A DNA stretch of 64,000 nucleotides from the human T2T-CHM13v2.0 reference genome, Homo sapiens: assembly GCF_009914755.1 (NCBI RefSeq), contig NC_060933.1, one strand, 5' to 3'. How positions within the stretch are numbered: the stretch's first letter is position 1; each line of letters starts with the position of its first letter. The notes below the pieces were generated by a model. It saw only the letters and a list, made by a program, of their open reading frames with translations. It was not told the origin of the DNA and made no database searches. Positions 47,301 to 60,592 of the stretch are shown in pieces. Made by a program: the position numbers and the translations under genes.

Positions 47301-49577
47301 GCCCTGTAAGAAGACAAATGTTTTTGTAGAGAGTGGTAGCACAATGACCAGAGAAAGTTCCAGTGGTCATAGAGATAGCATAGCCCAAGAAGTAGTTCAT
47401 GAACAGCAAATGGCACCTTGTATTTCCATTAACAACACCATTGAGGTTACCTCCCTTGCAGATGAGCTCAGTGTAGACAAGGACTGTCAGGAAAAACTGA
47501 GTTCCAATATTGTACCAGGGACATCAGTGGATTTCCAGATGAATGAATTGCAAAAAGACATTATTCCTCCTTCACCAGAATTTCAGGCACAGGCTGAAAC
47601 ATTCCTCACTGGCCCAGAGAACCTTGGGATAGCTCCCCATGAAGAAGAGGCTTTCAACCACAAAGCCTTCCCCAGTGACTCACTGTCCAACTCTTTTTCA
47701 CATGCTAAACAGTTAATTGAAAAATTCAATGATTTAGACACTTGTACTAACTGCCACCAAAATGAGAAATTTACTACTGACCCAGTGAACTTGCCATTAG
47801 AAAAGGCCCCCGATGAGGTCTTACCACAGATCCTAGAGCCAGCCTCTTCCTCTCCAGAGCCAGGGTGTGCAGGGAACCTTCAGAACCAAGATGCAGATAA
47901 AGAGGAAGACAAATTTGCATTAGGCTCTTCAGTAGACATGCTTTCAGGGTTTGTGACCAAAGTGAAATCTTTCTCTGGGAGCTTAATTGAACCTCCCAAA
48001 ACACTCTCTGGACTTTTCTCCTCTCCTAAATCTCCAAAGAAAAACTCCTTTTTCTCTCTTGCTTCTGATGTATCATCTCAGCCCCTCAAAGGTGAATTAT
48101 TTGGAATTTTCAAAAGTCCCAAGCCAGAGCCATACAAACAAGAATCATCTCTCCCAGCTACTTCATGGCTTCAAAATGGTTGTTCCAGAGATGCTGTAGG
48201 ATCAGTACCTCCAGAAAGGAGAGAAGCTGCCTTTACAGCACTAAGTTCAGAATCTACTCTCAGTGACTGTAGAATGACTGTGGTTAGTGCAAAGCCAGAA
48301 TCAGATATCTTGACAGATGATCCTAAACTAACAACCAAAATGGAAGACAATAATACTCCTGAAAATATTCTGGAACCTCAACGTTCTGAAACAATTAATA
48401 CATCTTCTTTCTCGGGTGATGATACTGGGCAAGGAGTATTGTCTCTGAGTGATGAAGGAGACATGGGGATATTGCAAGCTACAGACACGGAGGCATCGTT
48501 AGAAGCAGAGAACTTTGCGCTGCCAGCACAGTTGCATCCAGATCCTACCTGCATTGCCGAAGAGCTTCCTCCTCCCATTCAGCCACCTCTTCCTCTTGAG
48601 CCAGAGCCAGCTATTCAAACTGCCTCCACAAACCAAGACTTACTGGAGCTGCATCCAGCCAGTTCACTAGAAACTGATACTATGCTGTTCAATGATGCAA
48701 GTGTGAGCCAGAGCACCACTCTGGAAACCGAAGGGCACTTTTCTCATCCTCTGCTGGAGGACCCTGTGCTTGCTGCCAGAGAAAGTTGTGAGATAATTCA
48801 TGCCCAGAAAGATCCACCTGTAGTACCCCAGGAAACAGAGCAGTCAAGACCACGTTTTGAGATCCCAAATGTGACCACTTGGCCAAAGCTTCGTTTGCCA
48901 TCCTCTGCTACTAACCATGGGAAACCACTGAGCTCTTTCTTTTCCTCACCTCTCCCCTCTGGCAATAGAGCAGCAGAGACTGGTTTAATGTCCAGTTTTA
49001 AGAAGTTGTCAACTCTATTTGAGGGAAGTAGTGAGGGGAAAGGGAGTGTATTAGCAAGTGATTCAAAACTAGGATTTGGAAAGGTAGATCTTTCATTTCC
49101 ATGGCCAAAAGAGAACAAAGGGGTCCCTGAACAAATGCCTACAGAATCCTCCCCTCCAGTTTTAGTTACTAGCAGTGATCAGGACCTTAACTCCAGTGAG
49201 GCTAACAAAGCTTTGAAGTCTTCTCAAATATCTGGGGCCAGTGCTCAGCCAGGTAAAGTCTACACTCAGCCCTCTGGGACCTCTGAGCAGCTGGTGGCCA
49301 GTCCAGAGGTCTGTGCTCAGGGGCTTTCAGGGTCTGGAGAAGGGGGAAACCAGCAGGAAATCTCAGCATCTGGAGAACACTGGGATACCAAAGCCAACCT
49401 GTCTAGCCCCGCCTGTCCTTCAGGGAAACATGAGGAAGAACCCTCCACTGTCTCTGAGATATTTCACCAGCTAGAAAAACAAGAAGAGGAGGCAGTACCT
49501 GCCAGTACTGACTCTGATTTGAATGTACAGCAGCCAGTCACTCTGAATGACATCAAGGAGCCCATGACCAACAAAAG
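41331..49577 (+). CDS. UNC13B: UNC13B giant alternative coding exon, 8247 nt / 2749 codons; the frame runs on to TAA at 49654-49656 if unspliced
   Basis: 2829-aa ORF in the track with no TE-like sequence. The ttctgttttctccag| acceptor is in phase with the upstream exon. A phase-2 AG|gc boundary at 49577 joins in frame to 51628, and 1591+2749=4340 aa matches the recalled length of the long UNC13B isoform. The 3' boundary is less certain than the 5'. Confidence 0.85.
43321..43770 (+). repeat. Coding tandem repeat, 114 bp (38 aa) x ~4, inside the giant exon
   Basis: Units start at 43321, 43435, 43549 and 43663; approximate consensus NCPEDAKLxSIKSSSVPNIHxDLGKFDSTEEFNKNDQI. Confidence 0.95.
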
Positions 49578-50328
49578 GCCTGTTCTTAACTCAAGCATCA
49601 TAAATGGCTTTAAGGAATTGACCATTTATGATGCAAGTGACTTAGTGGTAGATTAATCATAGCTTGCTTTTTATCCTTCTTGTGTCTTTCCTAGTACCCG
49701 AGCTTCATGTTAATTAGGGGTTAAATAACAAGAACTCAGTGTGTGGGTATTTTCATCCTCCCCTTCTCTCTCTGCCAAATGTAATTCATTTACTGGAACA
49801 AGGAGCTTCCTGCTTAAAGCAAAAGCTGGGCCCCCGATATTTACTCACTCTGGTTTGCTCTGCCTTGTATAATGTGAAATGGAGAAAGGAGGGCAGGAAG
49901 AGGTAGTAAGTAGTTGGTGGTATATATTAACTACAACTACATGATAGGCTAGGATGCTTCCTTGGGCCTTAGGCACTTATATCTTGTAGGAGATGGGGAT
50001 AGATCTATTTTGCTTTGTTTTTTCAAGTCTTCTAAGATGCTTTCTCCAGTGGCAATGAGTGTATTAAGCAAAATACAAAGTGCAAAGGATGCCTTGGGAT
50101 AGTCTGTATTCCCATATCCTATTCCATACAGATTTGCATAGTTTCTTCCATGGTATCATCTCTGCCTTTTACTACCCTCAAGGCTGATGTCTGATAAATG
50201 CTTTGAGTAAAATCTCACAGGAACTCAGAGCTGTCCTTTGCTGTAGTTCTTCAGTCTCGAGCAGTGTACAGGATCTATCTGCAGAGGGTACTGTTATTTC
50301 CCCTAAGAAGCAGTACCATACAGTACAG

Positions 50329-50385
50329 ATTAAGAATGCTACCTTGACCTCTGGCCCAAACTTGTTCAAAGGGGTTGGTCAGGGT

Positions 50386-50428
<43 letters not shown>

Positions 50429-50589
50429 CTTATGTACAAGTATATGTGTTTGTGTGTTGAACTACTCAGAACAGTGACCTGGTACCTATTCTGCTGGCAT
50501 GGGCTAGAGGATCAGAAATCAGCCTGAAAATACCAGGTAATTAGGAGGAACTTTAGGGAAAATCCCATTGGAAAATAACAGTGATTTCT
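50329..50589. repeat. Direct repeat copy 1, contains (TG)18
   Basis: Near-identical to 52608-52841. Confidence 0.93.
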
Positions 50590-51627
50590 CTTCTTTGACC
50601 AAGGGTAAACACAAGCCCTTTAGTTAAAGGCTTGACTCTGTGGTAAGAAAATTCTTCAAAAGAACTGAAGCCCTTAGATGACAGGGCCATAAAACTCAAG
50701 GAAGTAACTTCTAGATACTGCTCTTCTTTCCACCACTCTGCCCTTCTTGCCACTGTCACATTCTCTGCTATAACTGCTTTCTCTCATGACTTTCTGGATA
50801 TGGGAATACAGGTGATTGAGAAAAGATTGGCTTGCTGGTCTTCAGATATAGAGATGCATGAATACGGCTCTGACCCAGATCCTGGAGTTGGACTTTGTCC
50901 ACTCTTTCCAAAACTGAGCCTTGCCCTGAAAGAAGCTCAGTTACAGATGTTCATCTTTGGGACGCTTCCTATGCTGCCAGGGATATCATTGTAGCATTTA
51001 TGTTGATGAGACCATTCGTTTGTGTATTCTCTTGGTCCTGGCCTCTATCTTCCAATGGGTTCTATTAACTCATCTTGCAGATGAGGAAACTGAGATGATA
51101 ACTGAAAGAACATGTCTGCTCTCCTTTGCTCATCCTAAGGTACAGGCGTACACATTTACAATTGTAGAGGAAGAAATGATGACCTCAATGTAATAAGTAA
51201 TAGAAAAAGAGTGGAGTTCATTCATTCCATTTTACTGTGTGGAAATTAAAGAAAGATTAATCACAGCCACTGGACAAGCTTCTTTAGAAGACTGAATAAA
51301 GAATTTTAGGAATAAGTAACAGGCCATTTTAATAATTTTTAATCCTACTCACAAATAGCCTATTAAGATAAAATATACTTCAAAGTCAAGTGCAGAACTG
51401 AGGTTAAGTGTCGTTGGAGAACCCAGCATGTTGTGTTGTTTTCCTGTTGTGTTTTCGCTGAATAGAGACTAATTCTTCTAGATTATGAAGTTTGGTCCTC
51501 TCTTCCCAGGAACCTCCTATTTGATTCTTGCTACTAATGTAGTCATTATTTCCTGGATGTCTCCTTTCTTTTGTCCTGGTCCCTGATTGCATTTATTTAC
51601 TTATCTGTCTTTCTGTCATTCTCACAG

Positions 51628-51942
51628 CCCCACCAGCAGCAGTAGGTATGGCTCCTCCTGTAATGTGAGTCAAGGAAGCTCTCAGCTAAGTGAACTAGAC
51701 CAGTATCACGAACAAGATGACGACCATCGGGAGACGGACTCGATTCATTCTTGCCACAGCTCTCACAGCCTGTCCAGAGATGGCCAAGCAGGTTTTGGAG
51801 AACAAGAGAAACCCTTGGAGGTGACAGGTCAAGCAGAGAAGGAGGCAGCATGTGAACCCAAGGAGATGAAAGAAGATGCCACAACCCACCCTCCCCCAGA
51901 TCTGGTGCTGCAAAAAGACCACTTCCTAGGTCCCCAGGAGAG
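51628..51942 (+). CDS. UNC13B: UNC13B internal coding exon, 315 nt ([22 protein letters not shown]...FLGPQE), phase 2-2
   Basis: ctcacag| acceptor and GAG|gtaggc donor; peptide matches recalled ubMunc13-2. Confidence 0.96.
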
Positions 51943-52149
51943 GTAGGCAACAGCTGCCTTGAGGAGCTCACATGGCTTCCTCAGTACCTGCCCTGTGGTA
52001 TTGCTGAAAATAAGTGATTGTCATTTGTTTCCCTGCAGCTGGGTATGGTGGTAGTTAACACCTCCAGGCTCAACTCTGTATTGCTTCCTTTGATTTATGG
52101 TGCACTTTCCAAGACATTTTGGAGATCTCTGAAGAATATTTGGGTTTTT

Positions 52150-52432
<283 letters not shown>

Positions 52433-52607
52433 AGCACTTGGGTTCTTTGTAGTTAGTGAGCTGCAGTGTACCAGGGCTTCTTGAGTCTGCAGTTCATAGC
52501 TTACTAGTTGACCTTGTATATGGCAGCCTCTGAGTCAGGAACTGACTTGAGCCAGGTTATTTCATCCACTGGGGCTGTGGTAGGTACTTTGGCTGACTTC
52601 CTAACCT

Positions 52608-52841
52608 ATTAAGAATGCTACTTTGACCTCTGGCCCAAACTTGTTCAAAGGGGTTGGTCAGGGTCAGTGTGTGTGCATGTACTTATGTACAGGTATATGT
52701 GTATGTGTGTTGAAGTACTCAGAACAGTGACCTGGTACCTATTCTGCTGGTATGGGCTAGAGGATCAGAAATCAGCCTGAAAATACCAGGCAATTAGGAG
52801 GAACTTAGGGAAAATCCCATTGGAAAATAACAGTGATTTCT
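52608..52841. repeat. Direct repeat copy 2, contains only (TG)4
   Basis: Near-identical to 50329-50589. Confidence 0.93.
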
Positions 52842-53108
52842 GTTGTAACTTTTTTGGTGAACATTTTGTTTTGTTTTTCCCTGGCTGAGAAACCCAGGAC
52901 AGAGTTAAGAAAGAATTGATCTAGAAGTCAGATTTAACCCACCCCTCAGCCTCCTCAGGGCCTAGCAATGTGTCTGCCAATTGGTATCCATAGGAAGAAA
53001 AATTTAAAATGTATCCTCTTTAACATCTCATAATGAAGCTGAGTACAGAGTCTGAATGTTATTACTGAGCTAAATCGGTTAGACTAGCTGATAGGTTGGA
53101 GCAGAGCC

Positions 53109-53300
53109 AGAGTTCTCAGTCTCGGCACTCGTGACATTTTGGGCCAGATTATTCTTTGTTGTGTATATTATAGGATGTTTAATAGCATCACTGGCCTCTA
53201 CACACTAGATGCCAGTAGCAATCCTTGCAACCCTCAGTTGTGACAATTAAAACTGTCTCCTGACAGATTTCCCCTGGCGGGGACAGTTGCCCACTGGGGT
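53109..53300 (+). mobile_element. MER20 hAT-Charlie element
   Basis: gacattttgggccagat...ctggcctctac..actagatgccagtagca...gttgtgacaa. Confidence 0.8.
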
Positions 53301-54353
53301 AGAGTGATAAGGGATGGGTGTGACTTAGAGTTTCAAATTTCAAGATCTAATAATAAAGCCTCTCACTGAAACACCAGAGCACTGAATGCAGATTACATGG
53401 TAAAAATTAGGGAGTGACTGGTGCTTCTACTTTACCACTGGATTAATAGATGAGTCGCAAACCTTTCTGAAGATATTAACTTATTTTCTCTCTTCTTCCC
53501 TTTTTTGGTTTTTGGTCATCTCTGGTAGCTCATCTAATAGATGGGACATCCAGGAGGTGAGCTGTGGACCAGGCTTCTTATTGGGTTGATGACTCACTGA
53601 AAAACTGACTCTGGCTCTCCATAGACCTTAGACTTGGCAGTCACTGTTATCAGGGCAGAGTTCCTGGTGGAGAAGCAGAAGTGCCCAGCACAAGTCCTTG
53701 TCCTTCTCTACTGGTTGTGTCCTCTCAGGTCCTAGCTGTGAGAGTGAAACCCAGTTCTACCTTGGCCAGAAGTGCCCACAAATGTTTTACAACAGTTGAC
53801 ACATTTAGTTGGCATCAGAAACGACCATATATTTTAACATGTCTAGATGGTGGACACTTGTCTGCTGAATTGGCTGTAGACCTCAAAGAGAGAAAGGAGA
53901 AACATTGTTGCCAAGAATTAACCACTATTCTAGTTAATAATGTGGATAATGAGTTGTTCTAATGCAGGGTAGTGTTTCTGTCTCAAAGGTATTTTGTTAT
54001 GTGTATTGTTCATTTTACTGAGGTTGTTCTAGAAGCAGCTCAAGGAACCAGATCATGGCAGTAAAAGGGCTGTGTGTTTTTTTTCTTTTCTTTCTTGGCA
54101 CTTTTCATGTAAAAAGGAATGGGTAAGCCTTCTAAAATACTTAGTGGAGCAGGAAGGGTTTGCAGGAACAAAATTCTGCCCTAAGGATGCTATGCAAAAG
54201 CCCCAAGGGAACTGATCGTTTTAAGAAGTGCAGTGAGAGGGGTTGAAAGGCTTATTCCACCCCTCTCTGCATGGTTTCTATACTACGTATTGACTCAGGG
54301 CTCTCGCCATTGCCTCTAGAGTCCTGATCCCAGACTGTTCCAGGGAGCTACCA

Positions 54354-54789
54354 CATTGGGTAAATGACAAAAACGAGTAGGAAAAGAGGGAACAGATGAA
54401 AAGCTAAAAGGAATTGTCATTTTAGAGATGAATTATTTTCACATTGAGTATTCAGTACTATGCTGCTCATTGGGTAAATGAAAAAGAAGGAAAAGAAGGA
54501 ACAGATGAGGCGCAGTGGCTCACGCCTGTAATCCCAGCACTTTGGGAGGCCGAGGTGAGCAGATTGCTTGTGCTCAGGAGTTCAAGACAAGCCTGGGCAA
54601 CATGGCGAAACATCGTCTCTACAAAAAGTACAGAAATTAGCTGGGTGTGGTGGCACGCACCTGTAGTCCCAGCTATTTGGAAGGCTGAGGTGGGAGGATT
54701 GCCTGAGCCCAGGAGATTAAGGCTGCAGTGAGCCGTGATCATGCCACAGCACTTCAGCCGAGGCAACAGGGTGAGACCCTGTCTCAAAA

Positions 54790-54844
<55 letters not shown>

Positions 54845-54927
54845 AAGAGGGAACAGATGAGAAGCTAAAAGGAGTTATCGTTTTAGAGAGGAATTGTTTT
54901 CACATTGGATATTCAAGTACTATGCTG
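54354..54927. repeat. ~114-bp tandem duplication whose second copy is interrupted by an Alu
   Basis: cattgggtaaatg...agtactatgctg at 54354-54467 and again at 54468-54927, split by the Alu. Confidence 0.85.
54509..54843 (+). mobile_element. Alu with (AAAT)n tail
   Basis: Dimer with TSD aaaaga(a/g)ggaacagatga. Confidence 0.9.
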
Positions 54928-55067
54928 TTTTAGTAGCCTGAATCACTAAATAAGTGTAGGCATGAGTACAAACCATTTTATTTTAGACATTTGGCAGTCT
55001 TGCCTTGAGCAGTGTCACCTTGTGGCCTTGGCTATTTTTAAGAAATGTACTTTTTCTCTGTTACAAG

Positions 55068-55158
55068 TTTTCCTGAGGAGAATGCATCTTCACCATTTAC
55101 CCAAGCCAGAGCACATTGGATCCGAGCAGTTACCAAGGTTCGACTCCAGCTGCAGGAG
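55068..55158 (+). CDS. UNC13B: UNC13B internal coding exon, 91 nt, calmodulin-binding helix ([30 protein letters not shown]), phase 2 to 0
   Basis: ttacaag| acceptor and GAG|gtagga donor. [18 protein letters not shown] is the Munc13 CaM-binding motif; anchor Trp codon at 55117-55119. Confidence 0.96.
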
Positions 55159-55729
55159 GTAGGAAATCTGTTCTAGTACTGGTTGGGACAATTTTTCCTT
55201 TGAAATTGGGAGACATATGGTGCTGGAGAAGCAATCAGTGATTAGTCATCTTCTTACAGTGTGCTTCTGGGAATGCATGACAATTAAGCCAGAGCTTTAA
55301 GGGATGGGAAGTGGCCAGTGGCTTTCTTCTGTGCTGATTAATGGAAATCAAATAGACCTAGTGGGCTGAGAGCCTGACTGTAAAGTTAGATGCTTATTTT
55401 CAAGTACTGTTCATTGTCTCTTTGAAGCCGTTTGAGTTTAGGGCGAGTTTAGGGCAAGAAATGATTTCAAGCCCCTGAGGATAGTTGTCTCCCTTACCTA
55501 GCCGGTCCATACTGGCTCATCTGTAGGGCCAAAACAGGGTACAAAAATATCTATGGAATTTGCCAGTTTAAGTCCCAAAGTATCAGCACACTAAGATCTG
55601 AAACAACGTCAAAAAAATGTAAAAACAAAGATAAATATTTTTCATTTTCAGTGTTACAAGTTTGAAGTGTCTTTATCTGTGTGTTAGGAGGTAGGCAGTC
55701 TTTAGGCAGAAGGTACTTTTTTTTCCATA

Positions 55730-56440
55730 TAAATTTAGGAGGTACCCGTGCAGTTTTGATACATGGATATGTTGCATAGTGGTGAAGTCTGGGCTTTGGG
55801 TGTAGCCATCATCTGAATAGTGTACATTATACCCATTAAGTTATTTCTCTTTCCTTACCCGCTTCCACCCTTCTAAGTCTCCAGTGTCTATTATTCCACA
55901 CTCTAAATCCATGCGTACACATTATTTAGCTCCCACTTATAAGTGAGACCATGCAGTATCCCATGGTGTGTATATATATATATATACACCACATTTTTAA
56001 AAGCCAAACATCTGTTGATGGACACTTAGGTTGATTCCGTATCTTTTTTTTTTTTTTTTTTTTTTTTTTTTGAGTTCAGGTCTTGCTCCTTTGCCCAGCT
56101 GGAGTGCAGTGGTGTGATCATTGCAGCTTTGAACTCCTAGGCTCAAGCAATCCTCCTACCTGTGCCTCTTTAGTAGCAGGGTCTACAGGCATGCACCACC
56201 ATGCCTGGCTAATTTAAAAAAAATTTTTTTTTTTTTTTTTTGTAGATGCAGGGTCTTGCTGTATTGCCCAGGCTGGTCTTGAACTCCTGGCCTGAAGTGA
56301 TCCTCCCACTTTGGCCTTCCAAAGTGCTGAGAGTACAGGTGTGAGCCACTATACTCAGCCCATAATATTTTTGCTACTGTGAATAGTGCTGCAATAAACA
56401 TATGGGTGCAGGTATCTTTTTGATATAATGATTTATTGAA
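55730..56440 (-). mobile_element. L1 3' fragment interrupted by an Alu (-, ~56045-56361)
   Basis: tttagctcccacttataagtgaga; gatggacacttaggttgattcc; resumes at ttgctactgtgaatagtgctgc. Confidence 0.8.
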
Positions 56441-58384
56441 GTTACATGTTTAATGACAATTGGCTGTCAGTAGTATAATATCTGGCAGATATTAAAAGCA
56501 CAATCATGCTCACATATGTGCACATATACTTTAAAAATTAATTTATTTTGAAGCAATTTCAAACTTAAGGAAAAGTTGCAAAAACAGTAAAGAACTACTA
56601 TGTCTCCTCACCCAGATGCTCCAACTATTCACATTTCACATTTACTTCATTGCCTTCCCTCCATTATGATCAATCTTTTTCTGAATCATTTGAGAGAAAA
56701 TTGGAGACATGATATTCTGTCATTCCTAAATCTTCCTTTGTATTTCCCTATAAACAAGGCTACAGTTCTGTATAACCATGATATAACCATTCAAATCTGC
56801 CAAACAACAATAACAACACTATTATCAAGACCCTATCCATATTTTGCCAACCATCCCAACAATGTCTCTTTTTCCTTTCTAATCCAGAATCCAATCCAGA
56901 ATGACATGTTGCATTTAGTCGTGATATCTCTTTAGCTTCGTTCGGTGTTTCCCATCCTTAGCAGTTTTAAATGGTATAGGCTTTTCATTTTGTAGCATGT
57001 TCTTCAGTTTGGGTCCATTCAGTGTTTCCTCATGTCCGGACTGAGGCCATCCTTTCATGGCAGGAATTACACAAAAAAAATGATGCTGTGCTCTTTTCAG
57101 AGCATTGCGTCAGAAAGTACCTGATGTCAACATGTCCTACCATTTATAATGTCAGCCTTGATGACTTGGTTAAGTTTGCATTGGCCAGGTTTCTCCACTG
57201 TCAAGGTACCATTTCTTCCCTCTGTAATTGTTAAGTGCCTTGTGGTGCAGTACTCTGAGGATATGCTGGTATTTTGTTCCTTATCAAATCTCTACCTACC
57301 AGCTAAGTAGCCGTCTCCTATCTGAATCTACCACCACTAATGATGGTTGCCAATTGGTAACTTTCTGTTTCTATTATTCTTTCTATATTAATTAATTAGT
57401 TGGCACTCTATTTTTAGGAAGAGATTTCCCTTTTCTCTCATTAATTTATTTATGTCAATATTGCATTATGACTCTTACATTTCTAATTTATTACATGAGT
57501 TATAATCCATTATTGTCATTTATTTTGGTGCTCAAATCGTTCTGGCTTCATATGAGCACTCTTAATTTGACCCTTCAGGGAGAAGATAATGTTTTAGTAA
57601 TTATTGAAAAGATAGCTGCTTGGAAAAGGTATTGTGAATACAGATATTTGAAAATGCTATTATTTGTATATAGATGTGCGTGTGTGTGTGTTCTTTTATC
57701 AGAAACAATGTTACTGATAAAAACTCATAATTGCATGCTCTAAAATCTTGGAAAGAGACTATTAACATATTAAAAATATTTCTAATGAAGATTTTCAATG
57801 AGTTTTGAACTTACTTGTTAAAAATATGAAAATATTTCTCACAATTTTGCAAGAACGGCTGACTGACATCAGAGAAGAGGAAAAATTACTAGCCAAAGTT
57901 TAACAAAATCTCTGAATAATTAGTATGTTGGAACCAATTGCTCTTCTTTCATTAGATTTGATATATCATTATCTTTTTCGGCTGTGACAGCTATGAAAAC
58001 CATGTATTGAAGTAATTGAATGTACAATCAGACCTTAAAGTCATTCTATAACAAAATATTAAAATAAGATTTAGGAAACAATTAGGCACATTATATCACA
58101 TTGTTTTAAAAAAAAGTATCACTGTGAATATTTTTAGTTACAGCAAAAAAATTTTTGTTAATAAACATTAAAAAACTTTTAAATTTGTTATGCTTTTCAC
58201 ATTTTAATTTTTATAATATATATTAATGCAGTTATACATCTATATAATTTTTAAATGAATAAGCGTACATATGTTGAGAGGTTCATGCTAAAAAAATTTT
58301 CCATGGATAGGGCTGCCTAACTGCAAACACTGGGAGTCTGTTGATATAGACTGACGTGAGGCAAACAAATGTTTGTTTATTTAT

Positions 58385-59008
<624 letters not shown>

Positions 59009-60266
59009 AAACAAGCATTTAAAATGAACATTTATGGAATGAATGTCATAATACTTACTGATTTTTTATTTCTAAGTTTTTTAAAAGTAAGGGTCTTGTA
59101 ATTCTTCCTATAAAGCAAAGCAAAGTAATTAGCCTTATCCATGTAAAAGGAAAGCTCTGAATTAGAAAAATAAGAATATATTGGAGAAGACACAGTTTAA
59201 GTTATGGCCTTTTCTTTTTCAGAAGTATAATAATTCAGTCTCTCAAAAAGACTAGCTGAAAACAGTTGCCAAAGCTTGGAATCATACAGACAGAGGCATG
59301 GTTTACCTAAGAGTAACTAAGAACTTAATTGAATAAGAGAACAATAGTAAAGATATTCTTAACACAGGTAAAGTAACTGGCAACTGATTAGAAATGTCCA
59401 AGAGGAGAACAAGAAGCCAGAGTTTAAAGAGGGTTCTGATAACAGTTTAAGATTGAAGCAGAAATGTACCATTTGTACTTAAGATGAGATTTAGTAACAT
59501 ATTGGTTGAAGTTATGTGAGAGAAAGAAGTTAAGCACAACACCAAGGATTTTTTTGCCCCGCTGCCGCCCCGCCACCCCAATCACTCCTTCACCCTCCAC
59601 TCAAGATAATCTTGTTAGTTTCCTATTTATCGTTCTAGAATATCTGTCTACAAGTACAAGCAAATATGAATATACTAATGCTTCTTTACCCGTTTTTATA
59701 CAAAAGATGGTATATTATACATACCAAGCATTTCTTGATTTTGTATTTGGAGATCCTTCCATATCAGCTCTAAGAAAATTTTTCATTCTTTTTTATAGCT
59801 GCGTAATATTCCATTGAATGAAATATTTGTTCTGCAAGTATTTAGTCCTTTGTTGATGTTCATTTGGTTGTTTCCAGTCATTTGCTGTTAACCATGTTAC
59901 AAATGAATAACCTTGTACATATGTCATTTTGCATGTGTGCAGGTATACCAAGGGGATATGCATTTATAATTTTGATAAATATTGCCAAATTGCCATCCAT
60001 TTGTCTATGGCTTAAAATAACAAGGGCTTGTTTCTTGCTCGTATTCCACATCAAGGAGTTTTGCTTTAAAGTTGTCTTCTCTCTGCAATCCAGGCTGATG
60101 GAGCAACCAACACCTGGAACACTGCCAGTCACAATGGTAAAAGGAAGGGAAAGATAACAAGTGAAAGAAAATATAGCAAGTTGTACTTTGGCTCTTAAAA
60201 CTTCTACCCAGAAGTTATTAATACATATGTTGCTTTTGCTCATATTTTCCTAGCTAAAGGAAATCA

Positions 60267-60592
<326 letters not shown>

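Noticed and set aside
43647-49118. Antisense ORFs within the giant exon (e.g. 46476-46949, 48798-49118)
   Set aside because: Expected shadows of a long coding frame, with no independent evidence.
41167-49656. The 2829-aa ORF as a standalone intronless gene or retrogene
   Set aside because: It starts at TTG inside a longer open frame, has no promoter-like region or TSD/poly-A scar, and has acceptors in phase with UNC13B exons.
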